In this document: piece by piece, positions 19,578 through 26,176 of the stretch
Layout of the letters: each line of letters opens with the position of its first letter
Position numbering within the stretch: position 1 is the stretch's first letter
Assembly: GCA_965250005.1 (NCBI GenBank)
Contig: OZ252279.1
Coordinates: 480,001-512,000, forward strand
From: Demequinaceae bacterium
Lineage (GTDB): Bacteria; Actinomycetota; Actinomycetes; Actinomycetales; Demequinaceae
DNA length: 32,000 nucleotides
Reading direction: 5' to 3'
Program-made: the position numbers and the translations under genes
The notes under the pieces: model-generated
What the model was told of the DNA's origin: nothing
What the model saw: the letters and a program-made list of their open reading frames with translations, nothing else
The model's database searches: none

Positions 19578-20201
19578 ATGAAGCTGCGCATAGGGATGGG
19601 CCGTCCGATCAGGATCGGCTACATCGCCGCCGTTCTTGTAGTCGCGATCCTGATGACGCCGTGGCTCGTGATACGCGCGTCGTCATCCGGAGACGTGTCG
19701 CCGCTTGCCGACGGCTCCGCCACAGGAGAGGCGGCTATCGTGCTCGGCACGCTGGTCAACGAGGACGGTTCGCTCTCGCCTCGCTTGGCGGAGCGCGTAG
19801 AAACCGCGGTCGAACTGCACCGCACCGGCGCCGTGCCGGTGCTTGTGATGTCCGGCACTGGCCTAAGCGACACTGGGCAAGACGAACCCGCGCGCATGCG
19901 CGACTACGCGATCGAGTTGGGCGTCCCGGCCGCGGATATTCTGCTAGACGGTGGGGGATTCGACACCCTCGCCTCGTGCCGCAACGCGGCGCACACGTTC
20001 GGATTCGACACGGTCGTACTCGTCACCAGCGAGTTCCACACCTACCGCGCCGTTTGGTTGTGCGAGCACGTAGGCCTTCAGGCGCAAGCGGTGCACGCGC
20101 CAATCCAGTTGGGATGGACGGTGATGCGAAAGAACGCCCGAGAGTTCGCCGCCGCATGGAAGGCTGTGCTCGAGGTCGCAGCGGGGCACGCAGAAGGCTA
20201 G
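19578..20201 (+). CDS. sanA: SanA/YdcF (DUF218) family membrane protein
   Basis: The ATG at 19578 gives MKLRIGMGRPIRIGYIAAVLVVAILMTPWLVI (a TM segment). It is followed by AIVLGT...RLAERVETAVELHRTGAVPVLVMSGTG...DEPARMRDYAIELGVPAADILLDGGGFDTLASC...VTSEFHTYRA. Confidence 0.8.
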   Translation: MKLRIGMGRPIRIGYIAAVLVVAILMTPWLVIRASSSGDVSPLADGSATGEAAIVLGTLVNEDGSLSPRLAERVETAVELHRTGAVPVLVMSGTGLSDTGQDEPARMRDYAIELGVPAADILLDGGGFDTLASCRNAAHTFGFDTVVLVTSEFHTYRAVWLCEHVGLQAQAVHAPIQLGWTVMRKNAREFAAAWKAVLEVAAGHAEG

Positions 20202-20296
20202 CTCGGGCACGCAAAAATATCGCACGCGCGAACTGAACGCGCGAGCGTAGCCCGGGGGACCGAGGATCCTGCACTCTATGCATCAGTCGGACTTCG

Positions 20297-20324
20297 AATT
20301 GACATAATGTGCATTATCGGCGTA
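20297..20324. other. dif: chromosomal dif site (XerC/XerD recombination site), regenerated attL of the prophage
   Basis: Plus strand: AATTGACATAA-TGTGCA-TTATCGGCGTA. Reverse complement: TACGCCGATAA-TGCACA-TTATGTCAATT, an 11-6-11 layout. Compare E. coli dif, GGTGCGCATAA-TGTATA-TTATGTTAAAT. As I recall it, the actinobacterial dif consensus is TTSRCCGATAATVNACATTATGTCAAGT. The site is intergenic, at the point where host gene orientation flips. Confidence 0.8.
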
Positions 20325-20422
20325 ACGACGCCAAAGGCCCTGGTAAAAGGGGTACACGATCTAACGCCGCGGATTATGACAAGCCCCGGCTAGCAACCCG
20401 AACATTCGCGTTTTCGCCGTCC

Positions 20423-20584
20423 ATGGGTGTCTGCATGGACTGCTTTGACAACGCTGACCGCACGCCAGCCGGTCGGCTGTTCGTGGAGATGTTGTCGTGT
20501 GGCGAGTGGCTCGGTTCCGACTCACGTCGCCGATGCCATGACTGTGCGTTCATCTGGCGCGAAGGTCTGCCGGTGCTCGCATGA
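20423..20584 (+). CDS. small double-CxxC (zinc-ribbon-like) protein, 53 aa
   Basis: MGVCMDCFDNADR...RRRCHDCAFIWREGLPVLA. The stop overlaps the next ATG (ATGA), implying coupling. There is no clear RBS, and an alternative ATG lies at 20435. The track ORF start at 20309 lies inside dif, so I rejected it. Confidence 0.45.
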   Translation: MGVCMDCFDNADRTPAGRLFVEMLSCGEWLGSDSRRRCHDCAFIWREGLPVLA

Positions 20585-20793
20585 GTGCGGGTCTGTTTAT
20601 CAAGGCGGCGGCGAAGTTTCCGTCCCATCAAGTTGAGGCCGGGCGGCGTGAATTCAACCGTCTGTCAGTTAAGGCTAAGGGCGAACTGCTCGCGCAGTTG
20701 CACGACGTAAAAACGTCGATCTATCCGTGGTGGCTGATTGCTCTTTCTCCGGCTGCCGGTGTGGTCGGCTTCTGGCTGGGGTGGTCGCTGTGA
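20581..20793 (+). CDS. phage small membrane protein, 70 aa (C-terminal TM)
   Basis: ATGA overlap upstream and GTGA overlap downstream. The N-terminal half is basic and the C-terminus is hydrophobic: IYPWWLIALSPAAGVVGFWLGWSL. Confidence 0.6.
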   Translation: MSAGLFIKAAAKFPSHQVEAGRREFNRLSVKAKGELLAQLHDVKTSIYPWWLIALSPAAGVVGFWLGWSL

Positions 20794-21014
20794 TACCTCC
20801 TCCCCCGGTGCTGATGTGTTCGGACGGCGTGGGGTTGATCGCCTGTCTGCCGTCCCACACCGTAGGCGACTTGGCGGCTGCTGCATTGGCCGAACAGGTC
20901 GCCGCGATGTGGGAGTTGCTCGACTCGGCTGTTTCGTGGGCTGGTGTCGGCCTGCTGGTGCTTGTCGTCGGTATGGGTGTTGGTACTGGGCGCGCGCTTG
21001 TTGGTGGTCGCTGA
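20790..21014 (+). CDS. phage small membrane protein, 74 aa
   Basis: The GTG at 20790 overlaps the previous stop. There is a hydrophobic N-terminus, an amphipathic acidic middle, the TM segment WAGVGLLVLVVGMGVGTG, and an Arg-containing tail. An alternative ATG lies at about 20814. Confidence 0.55.
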   Translation: MIPPPPVLMCSDGVGLIACLPSHTVGDLAAAALAEQVAAMWELLDSAVSWAGVGLLVLVVGMGVGTGRALVGGR

Positions 21015-21085
21015 TGCCTGAGGGTCTGGTGGTCATCGTCGCGCTTGGTGCGCTGTGGCAATTGCTCGTGGCGGTTACCAAATGA
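21014..21085 (+). CDS. phage micro-protein, 23 aa, single TM (pVII/pIX-like size class)
   Basis: MPEGLVVIVALGALWQLLVAVTK. Its ATG shares a base with the previous TGA (TGATG), and its stop overlaps the next ATG (ATGA). It is hidden inside a longer out-of-context track ORF. Confidence 0.45.
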   Translation: MPEGLVVIVALGALWQLLVAVTK

Positions 21086-21171
21086 CTGTGGGCGATTGGG
21101 TCATGGCCGTCATCTGTGTTGGCTTGCTTTTCTGGGTCATGTCTTCGGTGCCACTCCCGGTGATTTCGTGA
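21082..21171 (+). CDS. phage micro-protein, 29 aa, single TM
   Basis: MTVGDWVMAVICVGLLFWVMSSVPLPVIS. It has an ATGA overlap upstream and a GTGA overlap downstream. It is not listed in the ORF track because it is too short. Confidence 0.5.
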   Translation: MTVGDWVMAVICVGLLFWVMSSVPLPVIS

Positions 21172-21272
21172 GTGCCACCGAAGTCGTCTATCTGTTTGGC
21201 CTGCTGGTGCTTCTTGGGGCGCTTGCGGGCATCATTTCCCAATTGTTCGGGGGAGGTGAAAAAGATGACTGA
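21168..21272 (+). CDS. phage micro-protein, 34 aa, single TM with acidic tail
   Basis: (V/M)SATEVVYLFGLLVLLGALAGIISQLFGGGEKDD. The GTG overlaps the previous stop, and the 3' end overlaps the coat gene start by 8 nt. Confidence 0.5.
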   Translation: MSATEVVYLFGLLVLLGALAGIISQLFGGGEKDD

Positions 21273-21411
21273 ACTTGGAACCGCTTTTGGCGCGCAACTC
21301 ACTGTGCTGTCCACGGCCGTTACCGACAACATCGGCGCCATTCTTGGTGTCGCTGTGATTCTGCTCGCTGCACGTCTCCTCTGGGGACTGGCGCGCCGTT
21401 TCATCAAGTAA
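21265..21411 (+). CDS. candidate major coat protein (pVIII-like, 48 aa, no cleavable leader, Pf3-like architecture)
   Basis: MTELGTAFGAQLTVLSTAVTDNIGAILGVAVILLAARLLWGLARRFIK has an acidic N-terminus, a hydrophobic core, and a basic C-terminus. The RBS GGGGGAGGTG is strong. A strong hairpin follows the gene. Confidence 0.72.
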   Translation: MTELGTAFGAQLTVLSTAVTDNIGAILGVAVILLAARLLWGLARRFIK

Positions 21412-21417
21412 CCGCTC

Positions 21418-21453
21418 CCCCGCGTGCGCCGCGCTCGCCGCGCGCACGCGGGG
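21418..21453 (+). terminator. GC-rich hairpin immediately after the coat gene
   Basis: Perfect 12-bp stem CCCCGCGTGCGC / GCGCACGCGGGG with a 12-nt loop. TTATAAAT follows about 8 nt downstream and could be a -10-like element for the next gene. Confidence 0.55.
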
Positions 21454-21495
21454 TCGGTCCTTATAAATGCTCGACAATCCAGAAAGACACAGATC

Positions 21496-22872
21496 ATGTT
21501 TGAACTTCTGCTTGGCGCGGTGATTATTCCCCCGCTGCCCAACCCGGGTGCCACCGCTGGCGACTACTGTGCGTTAGCGACAATCGAATGTGCGGCACCG
21601 ATTGCGGGCGGGCGTGGCGCAACTATTGAAGCGGCTGCTATCTACGTCCGGTTGCTCGAAGGGACCCAGGTAGGAAACGCACTCAATGTCGGTTACGTGA
21701 TCGAGCCCGATGCTCTGTATGCGGCGGCGGGTGCGGTCGAGGTCATTCCCGTGTGCGTGGATGAGGCTGGGGTTGCGACGCTCAATGGCTCTAGTGCAGT
21801 CGTGTCCTGGACGGAATGGGCCGACGTGATTGCCGGTGACTTCGGGCTTGTGGTGACGGATATTTGTGCGGTTGGTTCGTCGCGTCAACTGGCTACGGTC
21901 GCGACCGTTAGTGAGGACGATGGTGGGGTTCCCGTGTTGGCTGGATTCCTGGACGGAATCACCACCTACACGTACGGTTTCACTTGGACGGTTCAGACGT
22001 CCCCCGACGCTTTCACCGCTGGCGACTATTCGCTGACTAAAACGTGGGTGAATAAGAATTGTTCGGTCGGCTATTGCACCGGCTGGCATATGTATGAAAT
22101 GTTTCAGGATCCAATCACCGGAGCACTCAGTTACGTAGACATGGGTGTGGCCGTAGAGCCCGGAAGCCTCTGGGGTCCGCGCTATGAGAATGGCACCGTA
22201 TCGGCAAACTTCGTGGGATTCCTCCACGGCTTGCAGACCGAGACGCGTGCTAGCAATATTTCAAATCTGGAGTCGTACCACTCGAACTCAGGTAATGCGG
22301 TCGTATGGTTGGCTCCCAGTCATCCGCTCGCGCCGGTCACCATTGAGCCGGTCACCTTCACGTCGCTGACGTACGTGACGGCCTTGGAAGAACTCAAATT
22401 TCGGGACATTATTCCCGGCGATAATCTTGCGCTCGTGGCCGGGGCGTGTACTTCGTTTGGCGAGTGCACGTCACGCTGTTCAGGTTTCCTGAACTCGATA
22501 GATGTTGGCTGTCTGTTCACTCCTACGGTCAGCGTGAGGGACACGCTTGGTGCGGCGGTGGCGGACTTCTTGGACCAGCCCCTGCTGAACGATATCGAAA
22601 TACTCGTTCACAACATGAGTCGTGCCGCTGGTGCGGTGTCGAGCATTGGCTCCGAGTGCGGGAGCCTCCTAGCGGTGACTGACGCCAATAGTGGTATCGG
22701 CTTTGACCTGAACACCTGCGACATGCCCGCTGGTGTGACCGCAATCGTCCACGACGTCCTGACCGTAATCCTGCTCGCGGGCCTGGCTTATTCGTCCATC
22801 GGTCTCGTGACTTGGGGTATCGGTATCCGCAACCCGTTCCGGCTCGGTCGCTCCGGCGACATGGAGGACTAA
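21496..22872 (+). CDS. candidate adsorption / minor coat protein (pIII-like): large, Cys-rich, C-terminal membrane anchor
   Basis: 458 aa from the ATG at 21496. The track start at 21424 lies inside the terminator hairpin. There are many Cys residues. The C-terminal TM is VTAIVHDVLTVILLAGLAYSSIGLVTWGIGI, followed by a charged tail. Its position between the coat and pVI-like genes matches the inovirus layout. I recognise no sequence family. Confidence 0.6.
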   Translation: MFELLLGAVIIPPLPNPGATAGDYCALATIECAAPIAGGRGATIEAAAIYVRLLEGTQVGNALNVGYVIEPDALYAAAGAVEVIPVCVDEAGVATLNGSSAVVSWTEWADVIAGDFGLVVTDICAVGSSRQLATVATVSEDDGGVPVLAGFLDGITTYTYGFTWTVQTSPDAFTAGDYSLTKTWVNKNCSVGYCTGWHMYEMFQDPITGALSYVDMGVAVEPGSLWGPRYENGTVSANFVGFLHGLQTETRASNISNLESYHSNSGNAVVWLAPSHPLAPVTIEPVTFTSLTYVTALEELKFRDIIPGDNLALVAGACTSFGECTSRCSGFLNSIDVGCLFTPTVSVRDTLGAAVADFLDQPLLNDIEILVHNMSRAAGAVSSIGSECGSLLAVTDANSGIGFDLNTCDMPAGVTAIVHDVLTVILLAGLAYSSIGLVTWGIGIRNPFRLGRSGDMED

Positions 22873-22875
22873 CAC

Positions 22876-23154
22876 ATGCTCATCGATACCGCGCTCTACG
22901 CCGTTTCTAGCATGGTCGGATGGATTCAAGGCTGGTTCGGTCCCCTGCCGCTGGAGGTCATGGATAATTCCTATGAGTTGGTGGAATTGTCGGAGGGCCT
23001 CGCCGCTCAGATGCCGGGCTTGGGGCTGATTATTCCGTTCGATAACATCGTGCCCTTTCTTCAGGTGTGGATCGCGCTCTTCTTCACCATGTTGGTTGTC
23101 GCCATGGTTCGCTACGTTGCGTCGTTGTTTGGCTGGAACCTGGGTGCACGATGA
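22876..23154 (+). CDS. candidate pVI-like minor coat / membrane protein (92 aa, about 3 hydrophobic segments)
   Basis: The RBS is GGAGGA. Hydrophobic segments: ALYAVSSMVGWIQGWFGPL, GLGLIIPF, and VWIALFFTMLVVAMV. The stop overlaps the ATPase start (ATGA). Confidence 0.6.
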   Translation: MLIDTALYAVSSMVGWIQGWFGPLPLEVMDNSYELVELSEGLAAQMPGLGLIIPFDNIVPFLQVWIALFFTMLVVAMVRYVASLFGWNLGAR

Positions 23155-23894
23155 GCATCACCGGATACGTGGGAGCGAATGGTTCCGGAAAGACGTTGCT
23201 AGCCGTAGAAGCGGCCATGAAACGCGCCGTACGCACCGGCAGGCCGCTCTACTCCACGGTGCCGATAGATGGTTACGTGGCGCGTGGCTGGGTCGTGAAG
23301 TGGGTTCCTGCGTTCCGCGTCCGGCTGCCCGTCTGGGTTTCTCGAGGAAAAGTGCGAGTGGTGTCGAAGCCGCTTGAGTCTTGGTCACAATTCCTCGCGC
23401 TCGAAGATGCGGACGTGCTGCTCGATGAAGTGTCCGCGCTGGCATCATCGCGCGACACCATGGGGCTCCCGCTCGACGTCGTGATCGCTTTGCAAACGTT
23501 GCGTCATCGTGACGTGACAGTGACGTGGACGGCTCCAGGCTGGATGCGCGCCGACGTGCTATTGCGTGAAGTCACCGCCGACACGTACGAGGTCGTGCCG
23601 CGCTCGTTCCGGGCTGTTGGTGGTCAAGCCTGGGCCAACACCTACCTATCCGTCGTCAGGCGGTTCTCCGGCTCTGAGGAGTCCGGCGACAAGAAACCGA
23701 CTCACAAACTATCGGGCCGTCTCGTGCGTCTGGCTGGGCGCTGCTCCTTTGGTGCATATCCGTCGCGCCATATCGTCGTCCGGCTCTCCGAATACGTGTC
23801 TGTCATCCATGAAACTTGCGGCCTCGAAATCAAGCGCGCCAAATATTGCACCTGCGGGGCAAAGGCTCCGGCACCAAAACGTCCCCCGCGATAG
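23151..23894 (+). CDS. Zot / pI-like P-loop assembly ATPase (247 aa, no TM domain)
   Basis: The ATG at 23151 overlaps the previous stop. Motifs: Walker A GANGSGKT, Walker B VLLDEV, and a Zot-type LQTLRHRDVTVTWTAP block. The C-terminus has CGLEIKRAKYCTCG and a basic tail. Confidence 0.75.
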   Translation: MSITGYVGANGSGKTLLAVEAAMKRAVRTGRPLYSTVPIDGYVARGWVVKWVPAFRVRLPVWVSRGKVRVVSKPLESWSQFLALEDADVLLDEVSALASSRDTMGLPLDVVIALQTLRHRDVTVTWTAPGWMRADVLLREVTADTYEVVPRSFRAVGGQAWANTYLSVVRRFSGSEESGDKKPTHKLSGRLVRLAGRCSFGAYPSRHIVVRLSEYVSVIHETCGLEIKRAKYCTCGAKAPAPKRPPR

Positions 23895-23967
23895 TCGGGG
23901 GGTGAAGCACTCCAAGTAGGACCATCTACGCCTGTTAGCGCGGGCACAACTGTAGGGAACGGGACCT

Positions 23968-25281
23968 ATGACGGTAGTGCTTGCAGGTACCGCACCAACT
24001 GTGCCAATTGGTGCGGTACCTGCCCTCCTTGAGGAGGATTTTTTAGGCTTCGCTTCTGGGGCTGATGTTGAAACTGCCCGCGGCAGAATCGCCGCTACGC
24101 ATGGTGTGGACCTGTCCGGGAATTGGGAGTTGCCTAACGCTCTGGCTCCGCACGGTGCACACCGAACTCCTGATGCGATGTTCTATGGTCTGCGCTTCTC
24201 CCCTGGCACTGTCGGCGTTAGAACTCGCCAGGCAAAACCGTATGACCCGCCACCGGCTGAGGTGCTGCAACTGCACACGTTGGATGGCTCTCCCGTATTC
24301 AACGACGACGGCTCTATGGCGATGGTCAACGAGGAATTTGAGCGTCCTAAACCTGTTCGTGGTGTCATCAAGGAATGGTCTAGGAAGTCTCGGGCTCGCA
24401 TGGTTGAACGCATCGGGGAACTGGACTTGTCGGATTGGGGTGAGGGTCCTGGCGATTTCGCGCTGTGTACTCTGACGCTTCCGGGCCAGTGGCAGGATGT
24501 GGCGAAAGATGCCCGCGAATTTAAGACCAAGGTGCGTAAGTTCCGTGCACGGTGGGAACGTGCAATCGGCCCGTGGGTGGTGCTTTGGAAGATCGAAGCA
24601 CAGCGGCGCGGTGCACCACATTGGCATGGGTTGATGAGAGTGCCCGCCAAGGTTGGTGCCGAAAACTTTGAGGATTGGTACGCCCGTGTTTGGGCTGAGG
24701 TTTGCGGTGCCTCGGACGAATGTCACAGGTGCGGAGGCTTCGATGCTCGGGCAATTCCCGAATCTTCGGGCCCGAGAATGGCGCCTGGTGTTTTCGACTG
24801 TGAATGCCGTACAACGGACAGTGAACGTTCGCGCCAACAATTGCGGCATGGACCCGGAACTAAGGCCGTTTCGATGAGTTCAAAGATGACGGATCCGCGT
24901 CGCATTGCTATCTATTTTTCTAAGCACTCACTCAAATCTGATGGTGGCAAGGAGTATCAAAACCGTGTACCGGATGAATGGGGTGAGGCTGGTGCTGGCC
25001 GATTTTGGGGCGTCTCAGGATTGAAGCGTGCGGTCGGTGAAGTGTGGCTAACTCGGTCCGATTTCTATCGTGCACGCCGCTACATGCGTGGCGTCAAACG
25101 TGGCCTAGCTGCGAGCGTTGAAATGTCTCGCGCTCGAGCCTCTGGTGCGTCTGTCGTCAATTTGCGGGTGCCGCGTTCGTCTACTTCTTCTTTACGTAAT
25201 GCTGGCGGTTGGTTGCTGGTCAATGATGGTGTTGGTCTTGGATATGCTCTCTCTCGCGCTCTGGCTCTCGGCTATCCGTAA
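23968..25281 (+). CDS. rolling-circle replication initiator (HUH endonuclease; actinobacterial plasmid/AICE Rep-like)
   Basis: 437 aa. Motif I-like: FALCTLTLPG. HUH motif: GAPHWHGLMRV. Tyr motif: IAIYFSKHSLK. Confidence 0.75.
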   Translation: MTVVLAGTAPTVPIGAVPALLEEDFLGFASGADVETARGRIAATHGVDLSGNWELPNALAPHGAHRTPDAMFYGLRFSPGTVGVRTRQAKPYDPPPAEVLQLHTLDGSPVFNDDGSMAMVNEEFERPKPVRGVIKEWSRKSRARMVERIGELDLSDWGEGPGDFALCTLTLPGQWQDVAKDAREFKTKVRKFRARWERAIGPWVVLWKIEAQRRGAPHWHGLMRVPAKVGAENFEDWYARVWAEVCGASDECHRCGGFDARAIPESSGPRMAPGVFDCECRTTDSERSRQQLRHGPGTKAVSMSSKMTDPRRIAIYFSKHSLKSDGGKEYQNRVPDEWGEAGAGRFWGVSGLKRAVGEVWLTRSDFYRARRYMRGVKRGLAASVEMSRARASGASVVNLRVPRSSTSSLRNAGGWLLVNDGVGLGYALSRALALGYP

Positions 25282-25752
25282 CGCCGCCGCTGCTACTTCT
25301 GCCGCATCTATGGCTCCATGTAAATCGTTTGCCACTAAGAGGACTGCTGTACGTCTCGCAAACTCTAAATGAGCGTCCCAGGCCGCTTGACCTGTTGGCC
25401 TTCCTAGTTGAAATGGCTTTCCCAAGTACTCAGAGAGCACTACGCCCTGTGCACCCGTCAATCCTGTCCATGGTGATCTGTTCACGCCCAACTCTTTCGG
25501 CACAAATCGGACATCGCTGAACTCGCCCTTGTTATATGTGCCATATCTGCACGCTTGAAGAAACTCACTCGACCACCCTGAGGGGAACGTGCGGGACGCA
25601 GGGACCCGCGCCGGGCAGGCGTGGGTGTGAGGGTTCCCGCTAAGTGGGCTGTTGTACCGGTGCGCCCACTTGTCCCAAGTCGACTTCCATAGTCGACTAT
25701 TATGCCGTGGTGATCGCCGATCATATTCGGCTATGGTCCCGCGGGCTACCAT
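25192..25752 (-). CDS. questionable 186-aa ORF (unknown function); may be non-coding phage intergenic/origin DNA
   Basis: It is the only long ORF in 25282-25775. However, it has no internal Met and no recognisable family. Its 5' third is a cluster of palindromes and repeats. Its 3' end overlaps Rep by 90 nt. Confidence 0.3.
   Translation of the reverse strand: MVARGTIAEYDRRSPRHNSRLWKSTWDKWAHRYNSPLSGNPHTHACPARVPASRTFPSGWSSEFLQACRYGTYNKGEFSDVRFVPKELGVNRSPWTGLTGAQGVVLSEYLGKPFQLGRPTGQAAWDAHLEFARRTAVLLVANDLHGAIDAAEVAAAALRIAESQSARESISKTNTIIDQQPTASIT
25588..25644. repeat. copy 1 of a diverged ~57-bp direct repeat
   Basis: CGTGCGGGACGCAGGGACCC...GAGGGTTCC...AAG. It matches 26034-26090 at about 45 of 57 positions by eye. 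The first 20 nt match at 19/20. Confidence 0.6.
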
Positions 25753-25789
25753 AGCCGGCTATTGCACTCAAGATCTTGAGCGTCTATGG
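25678..25789. promoter_or_regulatory. palindrome-dense control/origin region between divergent ORFs
   Basis: AGTCGACT occurs twice (25678, 25692). Other elements: ATAGTCGACTAT (25689-25700), TGATCGcCGATCA (25711-25723), and ATAGCCGGCTAT (25751-25762). GGCTATGGT...ACCATAGCC (25729-25756) encloses CCCGCGGG. CAAGATCTTG lies at 25769-25778 and CTATGG at 25784. Confidence 0.6.
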
Positions 25790-25796
25790 TCGTGTC

Positions 25797-26033
25797 ATGA
25801 TCACCTATTGGAGTCGAAAGAATGTTGCCGAATATATTGGTTTGTTGGAGACCTCGCTGCCGTCTCTTGGGGCTAAGTTGCCGCCGCCTGATGCGGTGAT
25901 CGGTCAGAACATTGGGCGGCCAATGTCGGGTTGGTTGCCGGAGACTATCGCCGCCTGGTATCAGGGGATTGGCCATTGGAAGCGGCCTGGAGGGTATGGC
26001 TCCCCCGCTGCTGTTGAGGCGCGCGGGAAGTAG
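25797..26033 (+). CDS. small HTH DNA-binding protein (excisionase/AlpA-like), 78 aa
   Basis: MITYWSRKNVAEYIGLLETSLPSLGAKLPPPDAVIG...GWLPETIAAWY resembles Xis/AlpA/MerR-type winged HTH proteins. The track ORF begins at TTG 25776. There is no obvious RBS, so the transcript may be leaderless. Confidence 0.55.
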   Translation: MITYWSRKNVAEYIGLLETSLPSLGAKLPPPDAVIGQNIGRPMSGWLPETIAAWYQGIGHWKRPGGYGSPAAVEARGK

Positions 26034-26090
26034 CGTGCGGGACGCGGGGACCCAATCCGTGCAGGATTGGGCGCGAGGGTTCCAGCAAAG
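26034..26090. repeat. copy 2 of the diverged ~57-bp direct repeat
   Basis: It starts directly after the HTH gene stop. It contains the hairpin CCCAATCC-GTGCA-GGATTGGG (26051-26071), which is absent from copy 1. Confidence 0.6.
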
Positions 26091-26097
26091 CGACCAC

Positions 26098-26117
26098 GGC
26101 GGCGCGAAGACGCCGCC
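26098..26117. terminator. hairpin between convergent genes (HTH gene + / PH-domain gene -)
   Basis: GGCGGCG-CGAAGA-CGCCGCC, a 7-bp stem. Confidence 0.35.
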
Positions 26118-26176
26118 AACCGTTCTCAACTGGCGTGCCGGAGAGTAGTGCTAGATCTAGACGTTGCCATAGTGGG

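Noticed and set aside
20202-20330. A tRNA or tmRNA gene as the prophage integration target
   Set aside because: I saw no cloverleaf-like T-arm or acceptor pattern at either junction. The repeat matches dif architecture instead.
20309-20584. 91-aa ORF starting with a GTG inside the dif core
   Set aside because: The start lies within the recombination site and the first 38 aa are basic filler. Only the distal 53-aa double-CxxC portion, coupled to the next gene, is plausible.
20665-21554. Minus-strand ORFs 20665-21081, 20675-21061 and 21075-21554 inside the prophage
   Set aside because: They are antisense to the tightly coupled plus-strand micro-ORF chain. Their translations are Pro/Arg/Thr-rich and low-complexity.
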